From positions 1-64,000 of IMG/VR virus record IMGVR_UViG_3300005747_000263: 64,000 bases of DNA, one strand, 5' to 3'. Within the stretch, counting starts at the first letter, position 1. Each line of letters starts with the position of its first letter. This DNA is from a virus. The position numbers and the translations under genes are program-made. This document shows positions 1 through 9,284 of this stretch, piece after piece. The notes beneath the pieces were generated by a model. The model was not told the DNA's origin, did not search any database, and saw only the letters and a list, made by a program, of their open reading frames with translations.

Positions 1-72
1 AAAATCCCATTGCCAGGAATATGAAGGGGATGGGCCACGGGGCTTCTGGCAGTAGCGGCAGTGGTCGCGCAG

Positions 73-444
73 TCATGGCTCCTCCGTCGATGGTTTGGTT
101 TGACTTTCATCGATGGGTGTGAAACATGGCAATCGGGAGTCTGCGCGAGATAGGCACTGCGCGTCATTACAAGTTGTGCAAACAGGTTTCTCTACGGTTT
201 GCCGTGGCTCAAATCGAGCAAGGAACCTCTCCAACTTGGCGCGACCTTGATGTTCGGAGCCATGCTTGATGCACTCGATGGCTTCACGCATTGTGGTTAA
301 GGCTTCGTCGCGTTGTCGTGTGGCGGTAATGAGTGGTCGTATGTCAAGCATGACATCGTCATGCACCCCACCCCGAATCAACATCGCACCCAACGTGCTT
401 ACGTCATTGAGTTTTGCTTCCAGTGCGTCGAGGTCGAGGGTCAT
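73..444 (-). CDS. hypothetical protein (CxxC near C-terminus)
   Basis: 123-aa ORF; GGAAGGA RBS-like sequence before ATG; GC-richer than neighbours; no recognisable family. Confidence 0.6.
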   Translation of the reverse strand: MTLDLDALEAKLNDVSTLGAMLIRGGVHDDVMLDIRPLITATRQRDEALTTMREAIECIKHGSEHQGRAKLERFLARFEPRQTVEKPVCTTCNDAQCLSRADSRLPCFTPIDESQTKPSTEEP

Positions 445-514
445 AGTAATCCTTCCTCTTTACGTTCTTCATTATTCATTATTTCACCTATTAATATAGC
501 ATTCGCTACTTGAT

Positions 515-770
515 TAAAAAAAGTGACACGGCCCCATTTCAACTACCCTCCGTGTCAGTATTACACGCCAATACAAGTGAGACGCCTACGGCGACATCAA
601 CTTGCAACTATGACCCTCCTAAAGTACATTAGGGGTTGTGTAACGCCCGTTATTCCGAATTATGAGCGAGGCTCATAAACGGTTTCTAAGCCAGTTCTAC
701 CATGTCCCGGTACTAGGACGACCAATCACAAAAGAAGTGCCGGGAGAAGCCGATTCTGGCCCCTTACGTT
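515..770 (-). ncRNA. putative structured RNA / stacked terminators downstream of the 268-aa gene
   Basis: Non-coding; multiple stems (TTATGAGC/GCTCATAA, GTTACAC/GTGTAAT enclosing GCAAGT/ACTTGT and CGCC/GGCG, GTCCT/GGGAC); ends in a TGACACGG/CCGTGTCA hairpin plus a T-run. Confidence 0.45.
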
Positions 771-776
771 CGAATC

Positions 777-1583
777 CTAGACCGTAACAGTCTTGCCGAG
801 AGTGATAACACCCTCAAGAAGCACGTTTGCGGCGATTAGGTTCGCTCGTTCAATCGTAATTGGTTTAGCAGTTACGTTTGCTTGAAGAGTCGGATGGCTC
901 ATTAAGTAATCAATAATAGTCGAAACTTCCGTTTCGCTACCACTAACCTCTTGTAGAGCAGCCGCTTCATCCTTAGTTAACTCGAAGCGAGTAAACTTAG
1001 CAGTTGCAGCCTCCAATTCTTCGGTATCATATTCCTCACCTTGAACTGCAAACTTGAATTTGTACATTTCAATGGGGGAACGTTTCTTGTCGAAGTCAAT
1101 CGTAATGTAATCGTGAATGTTGGTACGAGGGTCGTCGTATACTTCACGAATCTTATCGTATTGACTTGCGCTCCAAGCAATCCATGCTCTATCCGTGGTA
1201 ACAGTAATGTTACTCTTGGATTCACTATCCCAAATGGTTGCTTCAGTTGGGGCATTGAATTCAATCAATGCCTTAAACTTGGGTTTCATGTGACTACGCT
1301 TCTGACCTTTTTCATCAACGTATTGATAGCGGGAGTAATTGTCTTCTTCGTACTCGTGTTTGGAGTACTTAAGGCAACTCATGAAGGTGCTACTTCCGTC
1401 GTCATTTTCGCGGAAGTACCCGATGCGGGTTTTCCAGCCGTTCGCTTTGTTCCATTCGAATTGGGTTTCCCAGAACTTATTACAGTTGGGGTGTCCATCG
1501 AGGACATTGCGGGGCGCTAGACGGAAGATTGTTCCATTCAGGGAGCCATTGTTGTCAATATTTACTTCTTCTCGGTGTTCCAT
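777..1583 (-). CDS. hypothetical protein, possibly a gp32-like ssDNA-binding protein
   Basis: 268 aa; GAGGA RBS and TATA-like element upstream; beta-rich aromatic core and a YDDP..I.I.F..K motif loosely recall phage SSBs (weak). Confidence 0.35.
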   Translation of the reverse strand: MEHREEVNIDNNGSLNGTIFRLAPRNVLDGHPNCNKFWETQFEWNKANGWKTRIGYFRENDDGSSTFMSCLKYSKHEYEEDNYSRYQYVDEKGQKRSHMKPKFKALIEFNAPTEATIWDSESKSNITVTTDRAWIAWSASQYDKIREVYDDPRTNIHDYITIDFDKKRSPIEMYKFKFAVQGEEYDTEELEAATAKFTRFELTKDEAAALQEVSGSETEVSTIIDYLMSHPTLQANVTAKPITIERANLIAANVLLEGVITLGKTVTV

Positions 1584-1659
1584 TTTAATTTCCTCTTAAT
1601 ATGGCATCAGTACAATGAATCCATGTGTACTTGTGCTGTACTATACTATATGTCTTCGT

Positions 1660-1673
1660 TACTATATAGAAGT
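1660..1673 (-). promoter_or_regulatory. TATA-box-like promoter
   Basis: ACTTCTATATAGT on the minus strand ~80 nt upstream of the ATG at 1583. Confidence 0.4.
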
Positions 1674-1714
1674 ATCTCTCGTACTTATCGCTAAGTACGG
1701 TGTGATTACTTCTA

Positions 1715-2419
1715 TTAGAGTAGTGCTTCTAGTGAGTATTTATAGTGTGGTAATAGTAAATCCCTTGCCGCTTTAGCGTATAGTTGGATTTCGTATTGGG
1801 CACTACTTTCGTCTCTTAATTTGATGAAGTGTGCAATGCTTTGTAGGCTACCAGTCCAATACCATCTTACATACATTCCGTATGCAGGTAAGAATAATCT
1901 GGCTTGTTCCGGGGCAATACCTAAATTCATTGCTTCTTCGTAGAGTCTTTCTCCTTCTTTAATGTAGTGGAGTAGGTTTTCTGTCACCATTTTACCGGTG
2001 TATTCATCTAAGTTTTCTTCACCACTCCCTTGTTTACTATTTTCTGGGGCGGTACGCCAGTCTTTGAAGTCTGGTATATAAAACTTTGCTTCTTCAGTAA
2101 TATATCTTCGACTGGATTCATTCCATGCAAATTGTTCTTCACTATGAGTGCTACTTACTAAGTGTTTGAACCATTGTCTTGCAATAAATAGTGGTGCGTA
2201 TACTTCGAATTGTGCTACGGCGTGTCTAAACGGCGAAGTGTGACCGTGTTCTGCTAAGAAGTTAATGAGTCCTTTATCTTTCTCTGATAATGATACACTT
2301 TGTTTATCGTATGAGACTCTTGCACTATTTGCTACGGTTAAGTCGGACCCCATTACGTCTACTAATCTAATATATCCCTTATCTAATAAAGGGATAGTAT
2401 TTTCTGGTAAATCAGTCAT
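1715..2419 (-). CDS. thyX: flavin-dependent thymidylate synthase ThyX
   Basis: ANSARVSY, GHTSPFRH, IARQWFKH, NESSRRY, PEQARLFLP and SAQYEI motifs; start moved to ATG 2419 (GAGGTG RBS, ATGA coupling to the upstream ORF). Confidence 0.95.
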   Translation of the reverse strand: MTDLPENTIPLLDKGYIRLVDVMGSDLTVANSARVSYDKQSVSLSEKDKGLINFLAEHGHTSPFRHAVAQFEVYAPLFIARQWFKHLVSSTHSEEQFAWNESSRRYITEEAKFYIPDFKDWRTAPENSKQGSGEENLDEYTGKMVTENLLHYIKEGERLYEEAMNLGIAPEQARLFLPAYGMYVRWYWTGSLQSIAHFIKLRDESSAQYEIQLYAKAARDLLLPHYKYSLEALL

Positions 2420-2580
2420 GCTTGCACCTCTGCCTTGGGGCATTTGCCGAGGGCTGGCGGCTCTGAATCAATGATGCGGGTGCGTTGCTCATTGCAAGCA
2501 CCGCAAGCCCAAATGTAGAGCGCCCCGGTGGGTAGGTCAAGGTCAACATTCTCCCCGATTTGCTCCCAGGTGTGGCTCAT
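2416..2580 (-). CDS. 54-aa putative zinc-binding protein (not in ORF track)
   Basis: MSHTWEQIGENVDLDLPTGALYIWACGACNEQRTRIIDSEPPALGKCPKAEVQA*; GGTG RBS; stop overlaps the thyX ATG. Confidence 0.65.
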   Translation of the reverse strand: MSHTWEQIGENVDLDLPTGALYIWACGACNEQRTRIIDSEPPALGKCPKAEVQA

Positions 2581-2604
2581 GCTTGCACCACTCTACTAAT
2601 TAAT

Positions 2605-3126
2605 TTAATCATTCTTTAACTCCTTATAAATTCTCTGATACACATGCTCACTTACTCTCGGCATATCCTCTGGTTGAACAAGCAATCCCTTAGCAGCATT
2701 ACAAATCATACACGTTTTCTGGATATTGTCGAGATTATACCCTTGGCCGGGGTCAATACGGTCATAAGTTAAGAACTGGTTAATGTTGTTATTGAAGCCA
2801 AGTAATCGTTGAATTTTCTTAATGAATACTGAGTCAGTCTTGGCTTGAGTAATTCTCGTCGTTAAACGTTGAATTGTTCTAGCGTGACGATTGCACCAAT
2901 AACACAAATCGGGTTGGTTAATCCACCATTCAATTAATGATTCCGGTGACGGAATATCGAATGGTAAGCCACGGCGCTTAGCGCCAGCCTTAATGCGAGT
3001 ATACCCCGTTTTACCGAATTTCTTTTCCTCGTAAGCATTCAATTGAAGTAATGTACCATCACTGAGAAAGTATTCATTATCAAGCAGAGAGTTCTTCTTC
3101 GGTAAGTTTTTCAATTTGTTGCTCAT
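2605..3126 (-). CDS. HNH endonuclease (free-standing, homing-like)
   Basis: CYWC ... DRIDPGQGYNLDNIQKTCMICNAAKG, a beta-beta-alpha-Me motif with Zn ligands. Confidence 0.8.
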   Translation of the reverse strand: MSNKLKNLPKKNSLLDNEYFLSDGTLLQLNAYEEKKFGKTGYTRIKAGAKRRGLPFDIPSPESLIEWWINQPDLCYWCNRHARTIQRLTTRITQAKTDSVFIKKIQRLLGFNNNINQFLTYDRIDPGQGYNLDNIQKTCMICNAAKGLLVQPEDMPRVSEHVYQRIYKELKND

Positions 3127-3457
3127 AGTATTCGGGTAACTTATTCTGGTTAATCAATACATTGATTAAGTGTTCGTCGCTAGTCATGTATTCCTCGAAG
3201 GATTTAACTAGAGCATTGCGTTGAGTATTTAAATGGGTGCTGTACTTGCGTTGCTTTTCAACGTGAGCCTTCCATTCCTTACTATCTTTCTTACCTTGAT
3301 TGCGCAATTCACTTAATTCAATGATATTGTCGTGCCACATTTTTCGCCAAGCGAAGTACCTCTTAATGGCCTTACTGAAATCTTCTTTACTGGCTTCATG
3401 GTTAGACATTGTGATTCTTTCTGTCGGTTTTTTATGTGTATTCTTTTTTCGTCCCAT
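3080..3457 (-). CDS. hypothetical helical protein
   Basis: 125 aa; AGGTGA RBS; in operon. Confidence 0.6.
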   Translation of the reverse strand: MGRKKNTHKKPTERITMSNHEASKEDFSKAIKRYFAWRKMWHDNIIELSELRNQGKKDSKEWKAHVEKQRKYSTHLNTQRNALVKSFEEYMTSDEHLINVLINQNKLPEYYEQQIEKLTEEELSA

Positions 3458-3465
3458 AGTATCAC

Positions 3466-4653
3466 CTAGAATAATTGCCTCAACTCATTAGCAATTGCGT
3501 CTTCAGTTTCTTTCGAAACATCATCGGTTAAGTATTCCAGCAGCAACTGAGTTTCATCCATGAAGTGTATCATGAAATCGTCAAATTCACGGAAGTTAAT
3601 AAATCGTTCATCATCAAAGGATAGAACTTCATCGCCGTCCATGATTTGAGATACTTCTTCCCAGTTAGCACTCAGTGTTTCTAATTCTTTATGTGTAATA
3701 GCCTGGGTAGTTCCATTCGTTGGGGTATTCGTCCCAGTCGTCTTTATAGCCGCTGGCAACCCCATTGGTTTTTTCATATCACAACCCGGAGCAGTTTGTC
3801 CGCCAAACTGTTTCATGTACATCTGAGCAGTCGGGAAGTATTGTACTTTAATTTGATGCAGGATAGCGCCCGTATTGTTATCAAACACTGTCACGGCGTC
3901 GTCCCAATCGGCACTATAATCCGATTCAAATTCAACTTTAGTATTATAAGATGCCGCTTTACAAGTTGCATTTACACGTTCCAATTTCAAGCCGTTCTTT
4001 TCAATACTCTTGATTACATCATTATGTTTGTATTCAACAATATCAGAACTGAATAACGAGTGAATGTCGTCGTTCGTATTCAAAATTGCAATACTATCGT
4101 TAATTAAGTGATACGTCACTCGCTTATTAACATTGGCAACAATTGTAATGTCGCCGCGAGTCATAAACAATGCGCCGTTACCGTAATCAACTACACTTTC
4201 AAGTAATTGTTTAATATTACCCGCCAATACCTCATGGTCTTCGGAGTAAAATTCATCGCTGAAAATTAACTTGAATAAACTTAATGAATCGTTATCGCAA
4301 GACATGAACTCGTCGGCCATACCTACAGTACCATTCATACTACAAGTAAAGCCTCGATAGTCCCACCCGTGAATATATTCCGGTGCAGTTTTACCCACAC
4401 TAGTTAATCTGGCATGACCATGTACTACGCCGGTATAATGGTCTACATTGTAATCAATGAAATTCATTACATCTTTGTATTCCATTGTACGAAGCGTGTC
4501 GCTTTTACCAGTAGGCTTAGTATAGTTAAATACATAACCATCGTCGTTATTTTTCATGTCAGAGTTCTTCATGTATCGAAGCATGATTCGACGCATTAAG
4601 TCTCTTGTTTCAGGAGAATTGTTTAAATTCAATCCAATAAATCCTCTACACAT
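3466..4653 (-). CDS. class II (Ntn) glutamine amidotransferase-like protein
   Basis: N-terminal Met-Cys (MCRG), DGY, HARLTS, (M)NGTV and DNDS motifs of GAT-II. Confidence 0.85.
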   Translation of the reverse strand: MCRGFIGLNLNNSPETRDLMRRIMLRYMKNSDMKNNDDGYVFNYTKPTGKSDTLRTMEYKDVMNFIDYNVDHYTGVVHGHARLTSVGKTAPEYIHGWDYRGFTCSMNGTVGMADEFMSCDNDSLSLFKLIFSDEFYSEDHEVLAGNIKQLLESVVDYGNGALFMTRGDITIVANVNKRVTYHLINDSIAILNTNDDIHSLFSSDIVEYKHNDVIKSIEKNGLKLERVNATCKAASYNTKVEFESDYSADWDDAVTVFDNNTGAILHQIKVQYFPTAQMYMKQFGGQTAPGCDMKKPMGLPAAIKTTGTNTPTNGTTQAITHKELETLSANWEEVSQIMDGDEVLSFDDERFINFREFDDFMIHFMDETQLLLEYLTDDVSKETEDAIANELRQLF

Positions 4654-4671
4654 TGTTTCATCCTTTATGTT

Positions 4672-5595
4672 TTAATAATTTTGTAAAAAGAATCCATTAT
4701 CAAGTCTACTGTATGTATAAATGAATGCGGTTCTAACTGTTCCTCGTTCGACTAACTTACCGTTAGCATTAAACTTATATTCTTTTGATACGTCACAATC
4801 TAATCCGAGAGTTGCATTGGGAATAAATCTGGGTACAACATTTTCCGCTGCATTACCCATTGTTTGTATAAAAGCGCCGGGGTTGCCGGTGATTTGACTC
4901 GTAGTAATTTTTGGGTCAAGTACGGAGTCGTCAGTAGTAAGTGACTTACAAACTGAAGTCTTACATGATACACCGTCTTTTTCAAGATTTGAAATATACT
5001 TATTGATAAATGCAATACTTCCATACACATAATCTTTCATTACGGAGCATTCCTTTGCGGGGAATAGTCTTAATTCAAAAGTTTTCTTCCCTTGGTATGC
5101 ACCAGTAAAGTTAATCATGTAGTACTTATTTTGTCTACCGGAATCTGGATGGCTATGTTTAAAGTAATGGTCTGGATATTCAGTCTTATAGAAATCAGTT
5201 TCGTATTCAGGACTGCGCCATGACATTCGTTCTCGGAAATATTCATCCATGTAGTTATCAGTCACGAACTTGTAGAAAGCGGTTGCAAATTCCTTATTGA
5301 ACAGAGCGCTGTAATATTTACTATTATGGAATGAGAAATGAATATGCAAGCCCATACCTTGACTGTAATAGTCTTCGTAATAGATTTGTTTGAGTTCATC
5401 GAAGAAACCATTGATTCGCTTCTTATTACTCAACGGAATGCTTACTGCTTCTCGTTGATAATAATCTCCTTCAGGATATCTCTGGGGCCATAAGTATTCC
5501 TCAACTAAACCGCTGATATGAGGATAAGGAGTATCATTGTAAGTGCTAAAAAGACCTTCAACTTCAATACCTATCGCAGCAATTTTTCCTAGCAT
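4672..5595 (-). CDS. putative amidoligase (glutamine-synthetase/GCS-like COOH-NH2 ligase, Amidoligase_2 type)
   Basis: IGIEVEG, REAVS.PL, GMGLHIHFS, KYYMIN, TFELRLF. Confidence 0.85.
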   Translation of the reverse strand: MLGKIAAIGIEVEGLFSTYNDTPYPHISGLVEEYLWPQRYPEGDYYQREAVSIPLSNKKRINGFFDELKQIYYEDYYSQGMGLHIHFSFHNSKYYSALFNKEFATAFYKFVTDNYMDEYFRERMSWRSPEYETDFYKTEYPDHYFKHSHPDSGRQNKYYMINFTGAYQGKKTFELRLFPAKECSVMKDYVYGSIAFINKYISNLEKDGVSCKTSVCKSLTTDDSVLDPKITTSQITGNPGAFIQTMGNAAENVVPRFIPNATLGLDCDVSKEYKFNANGKLVERGTVRTAFIYTYSRLDNGFFLQNY

Positions 5596-5599
5596 GATA

Positions 5600-6085
5600 C
5601 TATCCTACAATAACTGTTCCAGTTACGGTTGTAATTTTACCGTAACTAATATATAACGTCTGAATGAATCGATTAAAAGTAGTGCAATAATCTTCCAATT
5701 GTTGGTTATTATATAGACCCTGTAAACTAATCGCAATTCCATTATCTGCACCGTCAATTAATGCGAAAACTACATTGTGTCCGAAATCATAGTTGAGTTC
5801 GGGAGTGTTATACACTCCGGCACCATTTGGCATTCTAAGTTTACGAGTGTTAATTTGCTTACAAATGAACATTTTCCCGTCAGCATCGGTTAAAGTGTTT
5901 ACATTTTTAGTAGTAATTTCGTTCATAATCGCCGACATTACTGGATGCAATTTAATGCTCATTAAGAATTTTCCGTTATCTTGCAGTTCAAGTTTGATAT
6001 TGGAAAGTTCTTCGCCATTTTTGGCCGAAGGTGTTTTACTTAGATGCTCCACTAATGGAGCAAATTCACTAATCATTTCTGTCAT
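5600..6085 (-). CDS. hypothetical protein in the amidoligase operon
   Basis: 161 aa; start overlaps the ATP-grasp stop. Confidence 0.6.
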   Translation of the reverse strand: MTEMISEFAPLVEHLSKTPSAKNGEELSNIKLELQDNGKFLMSIKLHPVMSAIMNEITTKNVNTLTDADGKMFICKQINTRKLRMPNGAGVYNTPELNYDFGHNVVFALIDGADNGIAISLQGLYNNQQLEDYCTTFNRFIQTLYISYGKITTVTGTVIVG

Positions 6086-6885
6086 TATAGTTCTCCATTA
6101 AAATACTTTACGAATGCAGTAGTGTATGAATCAAGAGTAGTTCCTTCTAACGCTGGACTACTATTCAATTCAAGTACAACTGGCATTGAATTATGTTTAT
6201 CAATGCAAATGTCTACTGCCGCAAAATCTAGTCCGAGTAATCGGACTGAATTAATTGCAGCAATAAGTACTTGTTGTGGCACTTCTACATTTTCTCTCGC
6301 AAAAATCCATCCATTATCGTAACTACGAATGTCTGGATTCCACGAATCTAATTCTCGGGCACCATTTCTTGCTTTCTTTTCCGAGTAATCAATTACTTCA
6401 CCATTCAATACGTGAATGCGAAACTCTCGCTCTTTAGCAATACCCTTAACGTATAATGGTGCATCAATTACTTCATCGCTACTGCGAGCAACAATGATAC
6501 CCTCTCCGCTGTGACCGTTTAATTTGGTACGAATGAATACTCGTTTACAGATATCATTATCTAACCAATACTTTGCAATATTAATATCGGTAGTATAGTC
6601 GGGGATATTAGTAAAATCTTCATTGTTCAAGTGTTCGAACGTTCGTAGTTTATCAGTACTAATATCCACGCCATTCTTGTTGAGAATAGTTGGAGAGTGT
6701 CCTGGTGTAATATTGATTCTTGGGGCGCTGTTGCCCCAGTTAATAATTACGTCGCCGGTTCGGGCACGGAATTTACTTTCTTCGGTGCGGACCCTGAGAA
6801 TGTTAAGTTGTCGAGCCAAGTTGCGACCCGATTCACTTGCCATTTTATACGGTAATAGTCTGATTCGTCGTCTTTGATTTCTCAT
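6085..6885 (-). CDS. ATP-grasp ligase (phage RimK/YheCD-like)
   Basis: INWG, DKLRTF, GHSGEGI, EFRIHV, LGLDFAAVD, VLELNSSPAL; start set to ATG 6885 by the GGTGGAG RBS. Confidence 0.9.
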   Translation of the reverse strand: MRNQRRRIRLLPYKMASESGRNLARQLNILRVRTEESKFRARTGDVIINWGNSAPRINITPGHSPTILNKNGVDISTDKLRTFEHLNNEDFTNIPDYTTDINIAKYWLDNDICKRVFIRTKLNGHSGEGIIVARSSDEVIDAPLYVKGIAKEREFRIHVLNGEVIDYSEKKARNGARELDSWNPDIRSYDNGWIFARENVEVPQQVLIAAINSVRLLGLDFAAVDICIDKHNSMPVVLELNSSPALEGTTLDSYTTAFVKYFNGEL

Positions 6886-7519
6886 AATCTCCACCAATGT
6901 AATACCTAACATAATCGATGAATCCCATATTGTACCTACTATTAATAATAAGTTCTGGATGCTCATCTAACATGTGTAGATTTTGCCGAATATTTCTGCT
7001 TTGATAATAATCGCCCGGCGAGTATGAATTACTACTTATGTTGTTAAATAGCGTCTGGAAAGTAATTTCTTCTGGTAAATGTTTTTGCCATCCCCACCTA
7101 AGCGCATTGACAAAAAATGACGCAGGGATTTCGCGCCACTCGTAATCACGCGGCACAGTAATAAATACTTTAGTCGTATAACGTCCCACGGTAAATACAT
7201 TGAATGTTGGCATTCCGGGGATATTCTCCATCCATTCCAGAACCCTAACTAAGTTATGGAAGTCTCTCTTGCCATCTGCTTTCATTGCAAAGATTAACGT
7301 AGAATTGTCTCGCACGCGATATGTTGCAAATTCTTTACAATAAGCGTGGTCGCCGCTCCAGCCAAAAACATACGGTAAACCTCCATATCCATTATCTCTT
7401 GGTTTAATTGCATTGACTAACGAATATTTACGATTAGTAATTCTACTTAAGCGCAATAATTCAGGAACACTATCTACATTAAATTCTTTTAGATTGGGTT
7501 TATGACTCACATTTACCAT
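6845..7519 (-). CDS. hypothetical protein in the amidoligase operon
   Basis: 224 aa; shares CKEFA and NALRWG motifs with 8439-9284. Confidence 0.6.
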   Translation of the reverse strand: MVNVSHKPNLKEFNVDSVPELLRLSRITNRKYSLVNAIKPRDNGYGGLPYVFGWSGDHAYCKEFATYRVRDNSTLIFAMKADGKRDFHNLVRVLEWMENIPGMPTFNVFTVGRYTTKVFITVPRDYEWREIPASFFVNALRWGWQKHLPEEITFQTLFNNISSNSYSPGDYYQSRNIRQNLHMLDEHPELIINSRYNMGFIDYVRYYIGGDYEKSKTTNQTITV

Positions 7520-8422
7520 TTAAATCTTCCAGTTTTCAAATACATTAGTACCAAGTTTCTTGTCGGTACTAAACATTTCTGCCGAATCAAGAATAGTAGC
7601 ATATTCAGGGTAGTATTCCAGAATATCTACTACAAGATTATTGCAGTACACTTCATTGTTAGCATTGAGGGAATGTTCCAATGCGTTCCAGTCGGTCTTA
7701 TATTCTTGCTCCATTGCCATTTTCTTAACAATTTCTACGGAGTCAAACATGTATTCAACTAACTTGGGGTGTTTGTACCAGTAATTACTTTGGCTTCGAC
7801 ACTCGATGCCGTATGGTTTTAACCTGTGGGCACCGGCTTTGCCGTATAGATTCTTACGAAGCGCCGCTTCAGGAGTTTTATCTAGGAAGCCAACTGCACT
7901 TGCACCAATTAGTAATTCAAAGTGTTTACCGACACTTTGTACACCTTCGAAGGTATCGAAGAAGTTTGATTCTTTAGAACCACTTGGACTAATATGAACA
8001 TGGCCTCCGCAAGTACGGAAAGGACTTTCGGCCGCCCCTTCTGGAATTACGTTGCGAGAATTATTAAAGATATTAAAATCTGGTTCACAACCGAATACCT
8101 TACAAATGGGGTGGTCCAATTGTTCCTTACTGTATTCGAGCGCCGGAATAGTATGAATACTCATTCCTTCCTCGGCATCACTAAGCATATTCTTAGTAAT
8201 TTTAAACAAGTTAGTAGTAATATCAATTACTTCTTGTTTGGTACTGCCTGGGTTAATACTCATTTCGAGGTTAGCATTGTCTGGGAATACTAATCCGTAG
8301 CGAGTCTTAATCTTAGGTAGGCGAACTTTTTCCAATTTAGGAATAAGTTGCATGGCTTTAGGGGCGCTAATTACTTCGCCAGTTGGTCTTTTAATTACAA
8401 ATTCTGGGTCGCTTCCAAACAT
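7520..8422 (-). CDS. phiEco32-type COOH-NH2 ligase (type 2)
   Basis: FGSDPEF, DNANLE, FGCEPDFN, RTCGGHVH, R..LYGKAG.HR.KPYGIECRS.SNYW. Confidence 0.92.
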   Translation of the reverse strand: MFGSDPEFVIKRPTGEVISAPKAMQLIPKLEKVRLPKIKTRYGLVFPDNANLEMSINPGSTKQEVIDITTNLFKITKNMLSDAEEGMSIHTIPALEYSKEQLDHPICKVFGCEPDFNIFNNSRNVIPEGAAESPFRTCGGHVHISPSGSKESNFFDTFEGVQSVGKHFELLIGASAVGFLDKTPEAALRKNLYGKAGAHRLKPYGIECRSQSNYWYKHPKLVEYMFDSVEIVKKMAMEQEYKTDWNALEHSLNANNEVYCNNLVVDILEYYPEYATILDSAEMFSTDKKLGTNVFENWKI

Positions 8423-8438
8423 AATATACCTATACTAT

Positions 8439-9284
8439 TTAACAATCTCCGCAATCACAGTAATCATCATCATGACAACTTGAACAATCGCTATCACAGT
8501 CGTAAAAATCATTATATACAACCGCATCGCGCAGGTCAAAGTATGAATCGTTTGCACATTCGGTGCAAATATGCACCGAGGAAAACCTCTCTAAATGTTT
8601 TTCAATACCTACGCCTTTAATGGTATCAAATGTGCTACACTCTCCGTCTTGCAAGTAAACTTCCGCAGTATACTTGGCGTAGTTGTTATAACTTTTACTG
8701 AATGACTCGTTAAAGCCATTTACGTTTACGATTTCGCCGTCGCGCAATTCCTTATAATATTGACTCAAGTCTTTACCCCGATACTCGGGGAAGTAATAAC
8801 TTCCAAATCGAAGAATCAATGTGAGTAAATAAGTGTTAGGAACGCTTGCGATAAATAATGGATTGAATACTACAATACATAAGTCGTCACTTTCAATTCC
8901 AACATTACTGGCTTTAATGAATAATTCATCTTCGGGGAAGTTGAACCATTCCTTCATTACTTCACAGTAAGCGTTAATGTTATCTGCTAGGATTGCACCA
9001 TTCTTTGATTCGGCGCTCCTTGCTCCCATAAAGAAGTAATTACGAGTCCCATTGCGATAATGGTCGGATAAATAACCCGCCGCATAATCTCGACACTCCG
9101 ACGCGTGGTAATACTTATAAGTTTTAATGTAATGCGCAATATAAGTAGAACTGCTCGACTCGTCACTTTGAACTAATTTTAATTCTGCATCGGTCAATCC
9201 AATGACCGCATCGCGAATGTCAGGACTTAACTTACTTACAAGGTCTTCAGTAGTAATTGATTGCTTCAATAGTGTTTCTGTCAT
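8439..9284 (-). CDS. hypothetical protein with a Cys/Asp-rich C-terminal tail
   Basis: Start set to ATG 9284 (GGTGA RBS); CRDYA and LILRFG motifs; tail DCDSDCSSCHDDDYCDCGDC. Confidence 0.6.
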   Translation of the reverse strand: MTETLLKQSITTEDLVSKLSPDIRDAVIGLTDAELKLVQSDESSSSTYIAHYIKTYKYYHASECRDYAAGYLSDHYRNGTRNYFFMGARSAESKNGAILADNINAYCEVMKEWFNFPEDELFIKASNVGIESDDLCIVVFNPLFIASVPNTYLLTLILRFGSYYFPEYRGKDLSQYYKELRDGEIVNVNGFNESFSKSYNNYAKYTAEVYLQDGECSTFDTIKGVGIEKHLERFSSVHICTECANDSYFDLRDAVVYNDFYDCDSDCSSCHDDDYCDCGDC

